In this document: in pieces, positions 24,721 to 37,984 of the stretch
How the letters are laid out: every line of letters begins with the position of its first letter
Numbering within the stretch: the stretch's first letter is position 1
DNA from: Octopus vulgaris
Lineage: Eukaryota
Assembly: GCA_951406725.2 (NCBI GenBank)
Contig: OX597817.1
Coordinates: 76,322,001 to 76,386,000, forward strand
Direction: 5' to 3'
Length of the DNA: 64,000 nucleotides
The notes under the pieces: model-generated
Seen by the model: the letters and a program-made list of their open reading frames with translations, nothing else
Databases searched by the model: none
What the model was told of the DNA's origin: nothing
Position numbers and translations under genes: made by a program

Positions 24721-25145
24721 GCGAATATTTAGTAGAATACACTTGTCCAAGGCCCCACACAGTGGGACTTGTCAAAGGTACCAGGCAGTAGGACTGAATC
24801 CAAGACCACCCTAGTTAAGAAGCAAGCTTGTCACCCACATAGCTATATGTGCTCTAAAACACTGTTTTTTTTAATGAAAACACTTATCGGTAGATAATTG
24901 GTACTTTTAGATAATTTTCACTAAATGAACTTGATAATGAGGAAGGTGTGTAATTAAACAATAGTTTTTAACTTCACTAAGTCCCAATATTTCATTTATT
25001 ATATTTTTTCAGGTTTCAATATTTTAATCACCGCAGAAATAACACCTGATATTCCTGAGGAAATTAGAAACTTGAAACTTAAATCGAATTACATGCTGTT
25101 ACACTGTGTCAACTAGTAATTTATATTGGTGTAAACATACTCATA

Positions 25146-25245
<100 letters not shown>

Positions 25246-25378
25246 TATATATACATAGAGAGAGAGAGAGAGAGAGAGAGAGATAAATAGATATACATAC
25301 ATATATAGGCGTCAGAGGAAGAGAGGAGAGAGACATAGAGAGAAATAGATAAATAGACAGACAGATAGATAGATAGAT

Positions 25379-25426
<48 letters not shown>

Positions 25427-25552
25427 GGATGGATGGATGGATGGATGGATGGATGGATCGATCGATGCATTATATATAAACATACATAGATGCATACATA
25501 CATTACATGCATACAAGTATGCATTATATATACATACATACATACATACATC

Positions 25553-25589
<37 letters not shown>

Positions 25590-25929
25590 GAAGAATATAA
25601 CACGAGGATGGAGGATATCGAGCTTTAATAGAATATCACTACCTTTGTTTCTGCGCTTCACATCAGCCTTAAGTTGCTAGATTTATATTCAGAAACCATT
25701 TCAGATGATCGTATTTTATAATTATTTATCCACAAATAAATCACCCGCACCAATATATAAATATATAAAGCAATAAAATATATTTCAAAATATATATATA
25801 TAAATATGTAAAAATATAAGAATATACGTGTAAGAAATGAAATACTTGTACGTGGACATAATATAAAAAGCAGGTTCTATCTGCGTTCTTGGGGGGGACC
25901 AAAAACGTAACAAATATTTAGCTATATGT

Positions 25930-26660
25930 GGACATAATCCACTTAGTTATATTGATGTATGCTCCTGCCATCCCCCCCCCCTAGTGTTTAAGAATTTAGT
26001 TTAAAACATTAGCAAGATAATGTCTAGCTTCTCCTCTGAAAGAAACATTTTTAATAATTTTGCCCTAATATATAATAAAGTTATAATAGATAGTGGATTT
26101 AGCGAGAAATAAACTATACACCTGTTACCAGTCCAGTAATAAAGAAAAGGAAGAATAGGAATCGGAAAACTATCAGGTTCACACCCCCTTACTCCCCTGA
26201 AGTAACCTTTAATATAGGTAAATATTTCTTATCACGTATAGATAGGCATTTTCCAATCAATGATAATTTAGTTTTAGCTCAACTACTAATTTAAAAAATA
26301 TAATTACACACAACACACAAAAAGAACAAAATGAAACCAGCTGTTCATGCAGGTATAACAATTTGTGCCCGCTAAATGGAGCTTGCACGTCCAAGACCAT
26401 CATTATGAAGTCACCGTAGACTCTACCACCACTAAGGACATAGTTTTGTCAAAGAAATCTGTGAGTTTCACAGAGGGGAATTTCAAAGCCAGGTACAACA
26501 ATCACATCTTGAGCTTCAGATACGGGGGGAAAAAGAAAAACAACCAAATTTTCCAGTTATATATGATCCTTTAAAGCAAAAGGTGTCAGCTATAACATTC
26601 ATTGGAAGATCTTAGCCGTAAGCCTTACACCAACGGCAGTGGAAAGTGCGGTCTTTTGAT
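25930..26660 (+). mobile_element. Penelope-like element fragment (RT thumb, linker, GIY-YIG), Naiad-like
   Basis: CSCHPP..KNL, DSGF, RKNRNRKTIRFTPPYS..NIGKYFL..IDRHFP, CSCRYNNLCPLNGAC, FTEGNFKARYNNH, WKIL..PYTNGSGKC. Confidence 0.85.
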
Positions 26661-26744
26661 ATGGAACCCTACGAACGACTCATGAAATCATAATACAACA
26701 CAACAAAGAAAGAATTAACTATGAGAATGAAGCTATAACCGATC

Positions 26745-27060
26745 ATGGCGAAAGTTTCCCGCCCGGCACGTCCCAAACCATCTGTATCAGGGGCACTGAT
26801 CTGTTATGTCACAACAGATTACATACACGGTGTGCGCAAAAACAGACATAAATGGACGAGGAAAGAGAACGATACACTTATTGAATGCCATGAAAGAGTA
26901 AAGCTAGAAAGAAGTCGCGGAGTAGGCCGACGTACCTTGAAATTTTAAGTGGAAAAGGATATGTGTCCAGTGTCAGAAAATATACAACTGAACCAATTGA
27001 GAGCGATTAGGAGGAAGGGTTACTTGACTGGAGTAGAAATGTCTCGGATTAGTGAGAGTG
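26745..27060 (+). mobile_element. N-terminal Myb-like domain fragment of an R4/Dong-like element
   Basis: RHKWTRKENDTLIECHE...GRRTLKF*..VSENIQLNQLRAIRRKGYLTGVEM matches the R.KWT.EEN...SEQ.L.DQ.R.I pattern. Confidence 0.65.
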
Positions 27061-27279
27061 TGAGAGACCCTGCGGATGGGCTACAAAGGATGGTCGGAGT
27101 TGAAAACAGATGGTAGGAGTTGAAAGCAGGGAGAAGAGTAGACGGGTAGAACAGGGGAATGTTAAGGATGAGGAACAGGAACGTTGTACAGGGAACCCTG
27201 ATACTGTGGTGGTCGGACATGTAGGGGAAATGAATTGCTTGAAATTCAAAGACGATTAATGCTTCAGAAGAAAAAAAGA

Positions 27280-27603
27280 CTCCATGATTACGGCAGATTT
27301 GAACTCAGAACATAAAGACGGACAAAATGCCGCTAAGCACTTCTTCCGGTATATTAACGATCCTGCCAGCTCGCTGCCTTAACAACAACAACAACTGTAA
27401 CAAAACAATTATTTCTACTGTAGGTATAAAGTTTGGAATTTTAGGGGAGGGGACGAGTCGATTCCATTGATACTAGTGTTCAGCTGGTATTCATTTTATC
27501 GACCCGGAAATGATAAAAGGCAAAGTCGACCTCGACGGAATTTGAACTCAGAACGTGAAGACAGACAAAATGCTTGCTAGTGATTCTGCCAGATAGCCTC
27601 CTT
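27280..27603 (-). mobile_element. SINE family B, two partial copies
   Basis: aaaggcaaagtcgacctcg.cggaatttgaactcagaacg. Confidence 0.8.
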
Positions 27604-28011
27604 AACCACCACCACCACCACCAACACCAGTACAACAACAACAGCAACAATGATCCAATGTGGTCACTGGAACTTTTAGAAACGACATCGATGATTCCAG
27701 CAAGTCACGCTACACTGTCTTAAAATGTGAAAGGACTCTGATTATTATGATTCTAGATATCACTTGTCTAAAGAAAATAGCAATGACAAGATGGTGGCGA
27801 TTGATAAAAAAAGGAGAAAATGTGTTCGGTCGGTCTTTGCTTCATTGCTTGATTAGATCTTGACTTGAGGCTGTGTAACATCGATGGCAACACAGCAGAA
27901 ACAACCATGATAATAGTTACTATCATGAGACCCGTGTTGAAGTTGTTGTTATTAAGAAAAAAAAGAGGAGGGGGAAACTAAAGCGTAGTAGTAGCAGTAG
28001 TGGTGGTGGTG

Positions 28012-28047
<36 letters not shown>

Positions 28048-29044
28048 CTAGTAGAAGATGAAAGAAAGAAAATGACAGAGGAGAATGCAGAGGAGGGGAA
28101 GGGAGAAACAGAAGAAAGACCTTACATTAGCATAAAAATCACAAAATTTCATTCCCAAGATACTTCTATGTGGTTAAGTGACAAGCTAGAAGTAGCAGCC
28201 AAAATCTCTTTCAACCTACACCCTAGCCTTACCGTCTTGAAAATGAGAGTGAAACATAATTTAAAGATGCAGTACAATTCCTGGACACGATGATCGTGGC
28301 TGGAGCGCGTTTTATCATATAGCTTCATGAACAGTGAAGGTTCAGTCCTTGTATACCTCAATAACTCTGAAACCTCTACCAACGGAGCTCAAGTTCCTTG
28401 TAAGCCCCGCCCCCAACATGTTGGACAGGTCAACAGACTAATATGGATCATCTCTTTCCAGTTATAGATTAAAGCAAAGTTACAGAAACATCGATGACAA
28501 TTAATTCAAAAGCAACAAAACCTGAGAGAGAGAGAGAGAGAGGGGGGGGAAGGCCTTCCTTCAAGAAAACAGATGACCCATCAGCCCCAGATCTTGGACA
28601 CACTAGAGAGTGAGAGAAAGGATGGCCTAAAAATGGCTGCAGGCAGGATTCTGATACAAAGCGGGGAAAAAAAGCGGGTAAACTAATTTTCCAAAATGTG
28701 AAATTAATTCGTTTGTAAATTAATTTTACAAGAGTTTTGATGTGAAACTGTGTAAAAACTGCCATTATTGTACTTTTGGACGTCATTTCGACAATAAAAC
28801 CACACTTGTTGAAATTCACTATACTTTTCATTTGACCTTGGGATCGCGGTTTATAAACTCGTCTGTCGATTCTTGGATCAGGCGTTGCGTTGTGGCCTTC
28901 AGCAAGTCACTTCATTTTAAGTTACATCAGCTTACTCTGCTGAAATGGATACCAAAGTAGTAAGTCCTCTTTCCGTCTAATATTCATCTAGATGACGGAT
29001 GGGAGGGCCTTGAGGGTCTTTGTGTCTGCTCAAGGTTACATAAA

Positions 29045-29289
29045 TAAAGGTTGAAGTAAAGTTTTCTTCTCGTGTCATACTGATTCGTAAAGGCCGGTTT
29101 CTCAGTTTCTATGGCAGGATTACTCCCGGTCTGTGACAGGATTACTCATTTTTGCCAGCTGAGTGGACTGGATTAACGTAAAATGGAGTGCTTTGCGCAA
29201 AAACAACGCGTCGCCCGATCCAGGAATTGAAACCACTATCTTGCGATCATAAGTCCAACAACCTAACCACTAAACAACGCGCCTCCACT
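29045..29289 (-). mobile_element. tRNA-derived SINE, family C
   Basis: Minus-strand tRNA-like head (A box ttagtggttag, B box gtttcaattcc); homologous to 56945-57130. Confidence 0.7.
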
Positions 29290-30739
29290 AGGCATCAAAG
29301 ACAATTAGCAAAAGTATGGTACAAGTTATTGGGTTATATACTCCTTTGAGAAATGACTTAGTTTTAAGCTTAGTTTGTTAAAAAATGTTCGTCAAATTCT
29401 GTGACCTTCCCATTGATTTAAATAATTTCCTATATTCTAGTTCATTTTCTTTCCTTCAAATGTTTCTTATGTTGTCAAACATCGAGGATGAAAACGATGA
29501 TAACTAATATAAACAAGACACAGATGAATGAGTTCAACATGGAGTTGTATCAAATTACCAATCAAGAATGGTTCGTTTAGCATAAAGAATCTCTTGTACA
29601 AGTTTCTACTCCCCTCAGTTTCCGTTTAGTCTATTTTATTCGTAAGACTTTGGCCAACCTATATCTGAGATTATTATTGTTCTTACTGTTATCATTGCTG
29701 TGATTTTAGTTTTGATCACGTGATTTGGATTGTCTCGATTGCTGTTATATGCCTGTAGTGCGACTGCGCGGAGTTCTGTTCTGTTTGCGTCACGACGTGT
29801 TCAGTGTTGATTTAAGTTAGTTGAGAATGTAGCAACTCGCTGCATAATAATGTTATTGCGTTGAAGTTTGGTTTTGCTTACAATTTAGCAATGTTTGTAT
29901 TCTATATTGCAGTATTTTTAGTCGATTAAAATCTTTAAAACTTTGATATTCGAGTTTGGGTTTATAGCAATCATTTATCCCCCAATTTCAATGATCCATC
30001 AGGTATCTTTAATTAACGATTATCCATCATTATTAATCTTGTCTTATTTTAAGTCATATCAACGCGCACCACTTTGATTAAGACATAAGAGTGTGATTTG
30101 GCGACACTAAAAACACTTAACTGTTTTTTCAAGCGAGAAAAATTCCAATTCATGGCATATGATGGTTGTTGTATTCGATGTGCTGCCACACCCAATGCCA
30201 CCAAATTTCAAGCAGAGGTATAACAAAAGTTTTCCAGTAATATTTGTAATTAAATTAATGATTACGATTAATGTTTGTAATGAATTTGATATTTTCGATA
30301 GGTGTGCAGCGCACACCTAGTACACCTGGAAACCAATCTGGAAATCACCCTATCTGACTGGATCGTTAAACCTATCAAAGAAAGCAGTTGAGCAAAGTGT
30401 TACGTAGTCAAGTTGAGCTCAGAAATATGTTATTATAACGTGAACCTCTTCACCACTACACCATGTAATGCGTCTTCTACATTATACATACTAATTTCAA
30501 ATAACCTCGTGTTCAACTTTACCATCCAAGCCTCCTGGAATCGATTAATTTTGCTGTGAATATTAATAATATACTAGCACACGTTGATCGACTAGCTATA
30601 CAGTTGTTCCTACAAATTATTGGTTAGTGTACAGACAAAAGAAATCGATGTATTTCCTAGAGAATAATAAGTTATCTTCGATAATATGCACCCCACTTTC
30701 ATATATATATATATATTTATATACATACATAATACATAC

Positions 30740-30825
<86 letters not shown>

Positions 30826-30909
30826 GGTATGTATATATGTGTATATATACATATATACATATATGTATTTGTATATATATATGAATATATCTATGTATAC
30901 GTATATGTG

Positions 30910-30965
<56 letters not shown>

Positions 30966-31698
30966 TATGTTTTTATCGTAAAGTAATTTGTATTTTATTT
31001 AGCTTTCTGACAGTATTAGCTATTTCTTTTCATATTTATATATTTCATGGTTTCGCCAGTTCTCATATATATTACCAAGAACATCCTATACACATTTATA
31101 GCATGTTGTATGTTCAGTAACTTTTGTGTTTTCAATATACAAACGTTAATAAATGTCTAAATGTCTGCAACAAGTTGCCGTTCGCAATATTTTACTCCGC
31201 CAATGACATAACAGATAAGTAACTGATAATAAGTCTCTGAACGTAAGATATGAGACATTATGCATGAGATTTGTACTACGTTTGACGGAATAGATAAGAG
31301 CATTATTATGCTAGCTGTAGAAGTATATAAAGCCTAATACTGTTTGCACATCAGGAATAATGATACGAAACCAATAGAAAACTGTGTGCATACGAATACT
31401 CATAATATAATAAAATATAATACAATATAATATAATGTAATATGCTATAATATAATACACACATACATGTTTATACATGTATATATATATATGTATGTAT
31501 TTTTATGTGTGTGTGTATATATATATATATACTGGATTTTCACTAGAAGAGTGGTGACAACGACTTCGAAGATTCGGCCTGTTACACTTAATCTGGCTGT
31601 CTGAATCAAGGCTAGCTGACTGAAGCTTACATCGAGTTATTCTTCAGATTAATATATATATGCCTTCATTATGAGTCGATATGTAACAAGAAAAACAC

Positions 31699-31770
<72 letters not shown>

Positions 31771-31771
<1 letters not shown>

Positions 31772-31972
31772 GTTAATCCAAACATGAAAACACAAAGAGA
31801 AAACACAACAAAGCGAGGACGTGGAACAAATATAGTATTATTGGACGCTCAGAAAGGAAGGGAAGAAGGAGGGTTTAACGTTTCGAGCGGAGCTCTTCGT
31901 CAGAAACATAGGAAAAGGAAAGATCCAGAGGAGGGAAGACGGGGGAAAAAATCGCAAACGGTACACACGCGG

Positions 31973-31975
<3 letters not shown>
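31771..31975 (-). mobile_element. Solo Penelope-type pLTR
   Basis: Reverse-complement homolog of 22005-22212, embedded in (TA)n. Confidence 0.8.
31873..31907 (-). ncRNA. Minimal type I hammerhead ribozyme motif
   Basis: guuu CUGACGA a gagc-ucc-gcuc GAAACGUU aaac; intact core and palindromic ACGU stem III. Confidence 0.8.
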
Positions 31976-32014
<39 letters not shown>

Positions 32015-32024
32015 TCAAAACATT

Positions 32025-32288
32025 AGAGTTCGCCGGTTAAATATACTAAAACACGGAGTAAAAGCAACCGTTCTGATCATTTTGGCCGCCATGGGTTTTG
32101 CAGTAAATCGCTAAATCATCAATAACTTTTGTATTATCCTCTCAAATTACACCAAAATCTCAGGCAATAACAAATTATATCCTATTTATTGTCTGTGAAA
32201 ATTATAGAATATAAAACAACATTGATACAAAATTATATCTACTTTTCTAACGAAAACAATGCCGTTCTGAACATTTTGGCCGTCACTG
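32025..32288. mobile_element. Solo Tc1-like terminal region with inner and outer direct repeats
   Basis: ccgttctga.cattttggccg at 32068 and 32262; ends in cactg followed by TA. Confidence 0.65.
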
Positions 32289-32499
32289 TATATGTATGTA
32301 TGTATTTTTATGTGTGTGTGTATATATATATACTGGATTTTCACTAGAAGAGTGGTGATAACGACTTCGAAGATTCGGCCTGTTACACTTAATCTGGCTG
32401 TCTGAATCAAGGCTAGCTGACTGAAGCTTACATTGAGTTATTCTTCAGATTAATATAAATATGCCTTCATTATGAGTCGATATGTAACAAGAAAAACAC

Positions 32500-32563
<64 letters not shown>

Positions 32564-32600
32564 ATGGAGTCGAACGAGGATTTTAACACAATTCCTTTAA

Positions 32601-32679
32601 TTTCAACACATGTTTCGAAGACTGCATATTCTTAATTCTGAAGGAATAAGGTGCATTATGTCATCTTCTCATCAGGAAA
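32601..32679 (-). ncRNA. Type I hammerhead motif with extended stem II
   Basis: uuuc CUGAUGA gaaga...ugca..uauuc...gaaua.ugca.ucuuc GAAA caugu GUU gaaa. Confidence 0.7.
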
Positions 32680-33169
32680 GTCAAGGAAAATCAATCAGCC
32701 TCAAGACGGACAAAAACTTTTCTATGGCTTGCTACATATTGACCACAGGGATAATGAGTGATTTTAAAAATCCGTTAAAAAGCAATGACGTCAAAAATGT
32801 TTGGAAGAGGAATTTATGAAAATAAGAAGGGGACAGTATGCATGCTGTATGAATATGGATGCGGGGGTGTTTGCTCTGGTTAATAAGTTTTATTGCTTAT
32901 GTGTGTGTATGAGTGTGTGTATATGTAGGGGCCGGTTGTCAGATAAATATAGCAGTAAAGCGAGAAATTTGTGTTTGTGTGTTTGATTGAGCGTATGACA
33001 GAGACAGATAAGTAGAAAGAGAGAGGGGAAGGTAGAGAGGAAGGGATGAACATGCGCCAGTGACATATAGTATACCCTTGGCATGTAGCTTCAACTGTGT
33101 TTTCTGACGTGAATTTGCTACCTAGGTATCGGTTAACCGAATTATCAATACTAGGATAATTCATACACC

Positions 33170-33236
<67 letters not shown>

Positions 33237-33302
33237 TAAACGTTAAAAAAACAAACTGGGACAATAACGTGAAACATTTTGAAGACGGCAAAAAAACACA
33301 CA

Positions 33303-34003
33303 GACTGAAACAAATGATAGACTAAAAGAATACCCCACTTGACCTGTCCCTTTCCCTCCTCTCCTGCTTCTCTCTTCATCTGTCCCTTCCTCCTTTTTGT
33401 GCTCACGTGACCAGCTAGCTACTACTGCCTTTCGCATCAAGTAGTTGGCTTGACCACACGTATGTGTTTGTGCCCCGTTTGCCTTCAGGCTCTCAGTCAT
33501 CAGTCAAGAACCAGATCATCTTCGCAATTTCGGCTGATTAATCTTGAGATTGCTCCAATCTGGGCAGCCAACCAAGGGAAATCTAAGCCAATCGCATTAG
33601 ATTCCTTGGAAGAAAACCTCGAAAGTATACAACACGGTGACGGAAAAACGGACGATGTTACTCGAAAAAAAAAAATTCAAAAATACGTAAAAACAATAAA
33701 GAAAGCACGGATAAAAATACAAAATAACGTAAAAACAATCATAACAAAACCAGGACGTCAGGACAAGCGTCTTTCGACAGGACAAGTTGAGTATAGGGCT
33801 GGCTGTGGTAAAAATGCCTGAAGGCAAACGGGGCACAAACACATACGTGTGGTCAAGCCAACTACTTGATGCGAAAGGCAGTAGTAGCTAGCTGGTCACG
33901 TGAGCACAAAAAGGAGGAAGGGACAGATGAAGAGAGAAGCAGGAGAGGAGGGAAAGGGACAGGTCAAGTGGGGTATTCTTTTAGTCTATCATTTGTTTCA
34001 GTC
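33303..34003. repeat. 188-bp apparently perfect inverted repeat (33303-33490 / 33816-34003)
   Basis: The arms read as exact reverse complements by eye; the spacer is 325 bp. Confidence 0.92.
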
Positions 34004-34152
34004 ATTTGACTGCGGTCATACTGAAACACCGTCTTTCTGGTCGAACAAGTCGACACCATAACTTATTCTTTGTAAACCTAGGACTTATTCTATCGGTCTC
34101 TTTTGCCCAATCGCTAAATTACGGAGACGTAGACCTAACAACATCGGTTGTA
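33975..34152 (-). mobile_element. SINE family A, 3' half
   Basis: tgtttcagtcatttgactgcgg...cttattctatcggtctcttttgcc. Confidence 0.8.
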
Positions 34153-34185
34153 AACACAGATACACAAACCTATACATACATACAG

Positions 34186-34231
<46 letters not shown>

Positions 34232-34251
34232 TTATATATATATATATGTAT

Positions 34252-34737
34252 GTATAAGGTATGAGATGAGAATTTATGCAAAGGTATCCCATAGAAACTC
34301 AACGGACTGTTACTAATGGAGAAGAGATGTTAAAATTTTAAAAAAGAATTTTAATACATACATACGATTGTTTCGAATAGCAATATTAACATGTAAATAA
34401 CATGGTAGAATAATTAGAAATTAATTAAATTAAATTAGATTAATTAATTAAATATTACTGTTCTTCTCAGAGCAGAAAATTGAATGCATCAAAAAATTAT
34501 TATTATTGTTACATAAGACTTGATGGCGGAAGTAGCAAATAACATATTTGGATATGCATATTTTATCCTTATGGAAGATCATGAGCATACTAAAAAACAA
34601 ATTTGTTGAGTCTAGTTGTGAAAGAACTAAAACAATTCTTTTTTTTACAATTTTAACATCTTCTCTTCTCCGTCTTTAACAGTCTGTTCAGTTTCTATGG
34701 GATACCCTTCCATAAATTCCCATCTCATACCTTACAC
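34252..34737. mobile_element. Fold-back element with diverged ~100-bp inverted arms
   Basis: aaggtatgagatg.gaatttatg..aaggtatcccatagaaact versus agtttctatgggataccc..ccataaattcccatctcatacctt. Confidence 0.8.
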
Positions 34738-35101
34738 TTGTAATAATTTCATATTCGCAAAAATCTTACGCCAGTAAGCTACCAGCAAAATATGAAGAAT
34801 CGTTGTTAGAAATCGCCCCTTTGGAACCTTCCAAAGTATAGGATAAATTGAACTTTACCTTTTCACACACACACATAGCGATACTAATAACCAGTTGTCA
34901 AATCTCAATATTTGAAGTAAACCGTCTAGTAAGTACTGTGAGTTAAGTCTATTAATGAATGATAAATAAAAATACAAGAATTGCGAACATACTTTAATTT
35001 GCTTACAGTTGTTTCTGCAATAAGTGAATATGTGTCCGAAAATGAGTGCTGGAGCGATATCTTATAGCCTCTTCAGAGCCATCTGGAAAGAAGTTAATAT
35101 A

Positions 35102-35175
<74 letters not shown>

Positions 35176-35699
35176 TATTTAAGAGGAAGTACTCAAGGTG
35201 TGCTCACTAGGTTGAAATTAGTTACCGGACTACAGAAGAACATCAGAGTATTTTTCGATTATATTTGCCGAGCCTACAGTGGGTCTACGAGGCGTCTCTA
35301 AATTCACCGGTTGCAACAAAATTTTCCTCATGCCACACGTAAATGTCTTAAATCAAACGGAGAAGACTTAACACATTGCTCCTCAAGGAAAGTGGGGCGA
35401 TCACATGAGGACTATCTTTTATCATAGATCTGGTTAATCATAGTTCATCTCGACAGCAACAACTACAATAACAACAACAACAACAACAGCAACAGCAGCA
35501 GTAACGACACCAACAAAGCAGAAAGAAAACAAAAACAATATCGACAGCAACAACAATAGCGAAGTTTGATATAAGTGAAATTACTAAGGAGGGTAAATCA
35601 GAAGATGTTATTGAAGATTGTGCAAGCATGTGTGTGTGCATGATTAAAGTTATGGAAGAACTAGTGTAGGAGTGCATATGTGTGTGTGTGTGTGTGTGT

Positions 35700-35763
<64 letters not shown>

Positions 35764-36037
35764 GCGCGTATGCGATGTGCTCGGCGTTATTTGTCAGTAT
35801 CTGGGTGCACATGTGTGAAAACTGAAAACATGTTATGATACTTAAGAGTTAATTTCGCGTTTGTGATTTCGAAATAAATGTATGTATGGGTTTGTGTATC
35901 TGTATACGTAAATATGCATGTGCGTGGGTATATATATAAATACATCGACACACAGTCACAAATATGTATGTATTAATCCGTAAGTCAAATACACAAATGC
36001 TGATACATATACACATATCTACATACATAGGTACATT

Positions 36038-36124
<87 letters not shown>

Positions 36125-36217
36125 TGTGTGTGTGTGTATGTATGTTATACACACCCACATACACACACAGCGGTATATATATATGTATGTATATATGTAT
36201 GTACTTATGTAATAGAA

Positions 36218-36353
36218 TTTGTATATTTGTTCTACGAATTAATTATCCGCTTCTGCCATGTCGGTCTTATCAGAAACGATCATTAAGCTAATTGTCGTTC
36301 TTGTTAAGACCGACATATTGAAACAGGTAATTAATCCACGGAACAGATATTTA
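36218..36353. repeat. Diverged palindrome with ~58-bp arms
   Basis: atatttgttc..aattaatta..atgtcggtctta..aacga / tcgtt..taagaccgacat..taattaat..gaacagatat. Confidence 0.75.
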
Positions 36354-36357
36354 AACC

Positions 36358-36433
<76 letters not shown>

Positions 36434-36779
36434 TATGCATATACACTTACATACATGCATAAACTCATACGTGCATAAATACACACACACATGTTTATAT
36501 ATATATACATATACATATAACTATTTGTAAATTATATATGTGTACGTGTGTAAACACGCATAACATATTAAATGTATAAGCATATATATACGTAAATGCA
36601 TGTATATAGTGCGTAATAGTTAGGATATATACATAGTACACACACGCGTACACACACACATACATACACACAAATACACACACATATATACATACATACA
36701 TATATATATATATAAAGATAGAGAGATAATTAAGCTCTGTCTGTCTGTCTATCTATCTATCTATACATACATACATTTA

Positions 36780-36829
<50 letters not shown>

Positions 36830-36895
36830 CATATACATACATACATACATACATACATACATGCATACATACATAAATATATATATATACATATA

Positions 36896-36952
<57 letters not shown>

Positions 36953-37074
36953 GTTGCTTAATTATCTTCCTGCTAAAACAAACATAGCTAAAACATATAA
37001 TTAATATATGGGACAAATATTCCAATAGTAAAGAACATAAATTCTGATGCAAGCAACCCATTGTTTAATTTTAT

Positions 37075-37108
<34 letters not shown>

Positions 37109-37216
37109 TATACATACTTACACAATACACACCCACACGCATATGCTCGTGTACAAAACTACATACATACATACACACATACATGTATGCATACATACAT
37201 ACAGATAGATAGATAC

Positions 37217-37289
<73 letters not shown>

Positions 37290-37984
37290 CACACAGGTAT
37301 AGAGAGAGAGAGTGAGAGAGAGAAAGAGAGAGACAGAAAGAGAGAGAGAGAAAGAGAGTGAGAGATTTAAAGTATGTATACAGTAGTGTGAATGATATTT
37401 GTAAGGCCAACTTTTACGCCTTCCAGCGTACGAGTTCTCGATAAAATTAAATGTGGTTATATTCATTATAAGTGGCCGTTACACGGTTATATTGGGAGAT
37501 AATATAATAGAAAGTTAGTTCCGTAAAGACAAAGTTACAAAAATAGTTGTCTTCAGAAGATTAAGAGTAACGCACTGAAGCAAACTCTAAGCAGTATAGT
37601 TCCCTTTTTCTCCTATTTTTTAAAATGTTTTATTACATTGAAATAAATTAAAACTACCAATTAGAAGAATCTAATTCTGTAAACGTTATCAAAACGTGGC
37701 AGTAGAAATATACTTGTGGATCAAAATATGGTCAAATTAGACATTAGGGCGGTCACTCAAGGAATTTAAACTTTGTGGTCATTTCGTCATTTGACATGTG
37801 GTACATGGTGCACCTATGAGGTACATAGCTAATGTCGATTTGATAGAGGGAGTGAACTTATGTGAACACAAACATTTGACCACTACAAACAAATCATCAT
37901 GTAGTTTTATGCATGTATGTATTTATCGACGCCAGCTACTTTATTCAAGCATACATACATGATTATTGCTTCATCTTGACAGAT

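Larger units (their letters stand above)
31531..32500. repeat. ~170-bp direct duplication (31531-31699 and 32332-32500)
   Basis: actggattttcactagaagag...aagaaaaacacg occurs twice with about 3 substitutions. Confidence 0.9.

Noticed and set aside
29985-30355. Possible mariner/Tc3-like remnant ending tggaaatcaccctat
   Set aside because: Only a TIR-like end and vague translation; no diagnostic motif.
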